Positions 60,599 to 64,000 of a DNA stretch of 64,000 bases are shown here, one piece after another (the first letter of the stretch is position 1; every line of letters starts with the position of its first letter). Source of the DNA: Iphione sp. A-MEVVRFRX5. Its lineage: Eukaryota. The notes under the pieces were generated by a model that worked only from the letters and a program-made list of their open reading frames with translations, was not told where the DNA came from and did not search any database. The stretch is from positions 46,128,001 through 46,192,000 of the forward strand of contig OZ320321.1 in the NCBI GenBank assembly GCA_976226885.1, read 5' to 3'. The position numbers and the translations under genes were made by a program.

Positions 60599-63500
60599 GA
60601 ACAGACAGACAAAGACATAGCAGGGAGAAAGACCCACAAAGAAGGAGTTGAGGGAGGGGAATATTTGTAAACACGTATGGATATGTACATCTTAATACAA
60701 AAAGAAACAATCTGTCTTTCTGTATATCTATATCTGGATGACAATATGGTAACACCGTTACATTATACATTTAGTTACGAAAAATATAATACATGTACAT
60801 GTCTGAAGTTATTTTGACATTTCAGGTTTACGTGTGCTTAGTGTGCTTTATTATAAAGTTAGAAATGCAAGTGATGAAGGATGCAATGTATGGTTGCAGG
60901 AAACGTTTCTAGCACGTATATAAATAGAATCTGATCAATTATGCTGCTGTATGTGATAGGGAGAGCACTGAAAGGGTACTAGACGTTAGTAAGCATCAAA
61001 AATGTCTTCTTGTGTTTATCAGAGTAAATTGTAAGTCTGAACAAGAACAGGAAGTGAGGATATTATAGAGTAATAAATAACCCTCTGACCTTGGCATGTA
61101 AAGCTCTTAAGATTAGGTAAACGTTGATATTTAAATTTAACCACATGTCTGAGCTCATAAGTAAATTGTAAAGACACTTCATGGCAAAACTAGATTTAGA
61201 TTTATAAGATTATCTGATATGAACACCAGAGGTCTGCTCACAGCAGCTATCAGCATTGATATTGTAGCAATGAACACCAAAACTTGCAAATTGTATTCGA
61301 GTTGTACATTATTTGCATTTGCTTCTCATGACCTCAAGACTGAACCTTGCTTCTGTGGACATGAATTTTCATGCGGTGTAATTCTTGTTTGAATCACGAT
61401 GAAAACAGTATCTAAGGGTATTATATATCGTTAACATGGTATACCCCACTGAAACGCAGAGATTTTGTACTCCGGGGTGGCTCTAGCGTATAGGGGAGCC
61501 AAACAAATGCCTTTTTTCAGTGGCATTCCACACAGCAGAAGAGATCGATCCACATGTCGCGATTCATCAGCATGCTTCTTAGATAGGTACTCTTTACTCC
61601 AGTAAGAAGTGCATGACTTTGTGTTATACAGGTGGTAGATGACCTTACTATATAAATATATATTTTACATATACTCACAATCCGAATACAGCCGTTATCC
61701 CAAGTACCTGGGAATACTGGCAGAATAAGATGACATATTTTCACATTTTCATGCGTTTCGTTTCTAATTCGGGATGTTTGCGCTGTAAAGATACAGTTAT
61801 ATTAAGAAAGACAGTGGCACGTCTCATCCGGTAACCATGTTCTCTAATTCACGCATTGATATGAAGATGTAGAAAATGGCAGCGCGAAAGTTTATTACAC
61901 GCAAAAACAAAACTTGTGCTACGGCCTATGAACATAATTGTAACTCTTGACATATGTCTTCCTTCTACTGACGTCATCGCTCTCTATTCATAATAGCTTC
62001 TGCAAAAAGAGGCCAACCAACCATGACCTGTCTGTACTGAAATTAAAAAGAAAACCACCCAATATTGGAAGAGGGCACCTTCAAGATCACCAGTTGCTGA
62101 TTCGTCTGCCATCTTTAAGAATAGTGATGCTTACTTACCTGGATCTATGTACTTAAATATATTCTTAAATGCGCGATATTGAAAAATGGTCGTTATGTAG
62201 TTTTCTTGCACTTATGCGATATTAAAACTTTCTGGTCATAAGTAAATGAAGAATGACGATTTTAGTGTCAGTTTCCATATACAAGAGTCCTTCCCTGAGA
62301 ACAAATCCGATCCAATTCAGTCATGTAGAAAGAGCGTGAATATATTTCAGCATAAATTTATGGTTTTCATGAGCTAGACTATAAAAATCCCTCGATTAAA
62401 CAAGATGGGTAGTATGAGGTTAATGTCCCAGACCATGAAGAATCATAGGAACTATTACTTCTTACAGTATGCATCAAAGTAGGATTTGCATGGGCTAAAT
62501 TATGAATCTCATCGTGATAATTCTTCTTATCCACGTATCCTTTGCTCAACCATTGGGACAGCATGAACCACAAAAAAAATGAATATACAGATTTGTTAAT
62601 AATCATTCTCTGACCAGGTTTGAATGATACATACATAGGAAAGGGCGGATGGGGGTGAAACCAGGTCAAGCATAGGTCTATACATAGGCATGTCCAAGCT
62701 GGCACCATCCGCCCACCACTGTGTACCTTATAATATTGTTACTGAAGCATGAGCGTCTGGGTTGGACTCTTTCTTTCAAAAATAAACTAAATTAATTTTA
62801 CATCTTGTTTCAGATGATGGACTTCTACTTTGTCAGGAAAGAAGTCGCCTCTATACCACAAGCTCCTTAAAAAGTACACTTTAACAAACACACACACATT
62901 ATATATGTACACATGTTATAAACTCTCGCTTGGTCGACAACGTGTGGGACACTTGTGGTTTTGTCTTCTCGGTGGTCTTTTTCTATATAGAAAAATGTGC
63001 TTGGTACTACATGTATTCACATCTGGTCTCTGATGTGGTCTTGTTTCCCCTGTGATTCGTAAGTGAGAGTCAACTGTACATACACATAGAAGCACTGCAA
63101 GGTCTATCCAGAGGCATGGGGAGTTATGCAAAGGTTCATGCCTAAAACACAACTAATGTTGATACCGAATCACGTGATACCCACTTTCAAATTTCAGTCA
63201 CGTGTTCAGACAATCCGATAAGGCCACAGACTTACTAACGTACTCAATGGACAACACTGGGGAATTGCCTTTCTGTGGCAATATTTGGATTGCAAATGGC
63301 AGCGTGAATAATGGTCTAAATTTGATCATAGCAACTGATTAACATACAACCTGTTCCTTATACGGTTTCCTGCTATATGAAAATTTTGTGCAGGACCTTT
63401 TCGCCGTGTGGCTGAGACGAGTAGGGTGAGGCTATGTTTAATGAGTTCGCTTTGTGCAGCCGCAGTCAAGGTCAAATAGGGGAATGATTGAAGGAACGGC

Positions 63501-64000
63501 TCTCCACCGGGCTTGCGAAGGCGACCAGAAAAGGTGACCAAAGCGATCGTCTAGGGGTGGCCAATACAATGCCAACTTTCGAGGGTCTAAATTGCCTGCG
63601 TCGAGCATTTGACTTCTCTCTTTTCACAGGGGATTAGTTATTCAGGCAGATGGGTAGGAATAGGGGGAGGTCGGCCTGTGTGAACCAGTCTGAGGAAGGT
63701 TCTAGTGAATGGGGTCCACAATAAGAGTTTTCTTCTCTTTCTCTCCTTGTCGTGTATCACCCCGGACTAACCGCCACACGCATCCCTCACCGACCGCCTA
63801 CCAATATATCTATGATTGGGTTACGCCTGAGGGTAGTCCGCGGCGTTATCATTAAGAGTTACTTGCTTGAATTGTGGGTGGTAATACCCGAAATGGGAAG
63901 TGAGGGCCATCCTGATTAGGTGGTAAAAAGAAGACCACATATACATAGTGATCCCTGTGCGGTATGTGGAATATGTGCTTACACGGTCCTTTAACTGTAT

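Overview
Animal genomic DNA (spliceosomal introns, AT-rich, three N gaps), probably a marine invertebrate; the species cannot be determined from the sequence. Mobile DNA: an intron-containing ISL2EU-type transposon (THAP-HTH-DDE transposase facing a SWIM-YqaJ exonuclease gene, 0.4-7.0 kb) and three co-oriented DIRS1-type tyrosine-recombinase retroelements of different ages (10.6-19.1 kb). One of these is structurally complete, with ITRs, ICR and an ATT integration junction. Host genes: WDR53 (-) and COX6B (+), probably head-to-head, a tRNA-Lys(CTT), and a calmodulin-like four-EF-hand gene (-) whose intact loops have Asp at position 12. The least explained structure is a ~3.9 kb mirror-symmetric block at 55.3-59.2 kb. 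It holds two diverged copies of a composite repeat: a ~130-bp palindrome with a GA-ggc-GCA-gcc-GA core and compensatory stem changes, abutting a TTAA-flanked short-TIR element that carries a (CT)n tract and a tRNA-like Pol III promoter. Two more C-GNA-G triloop hairpins with GA/GA mismatches lie at 51 kb. All gene models and alignments were read by eye, not computed.
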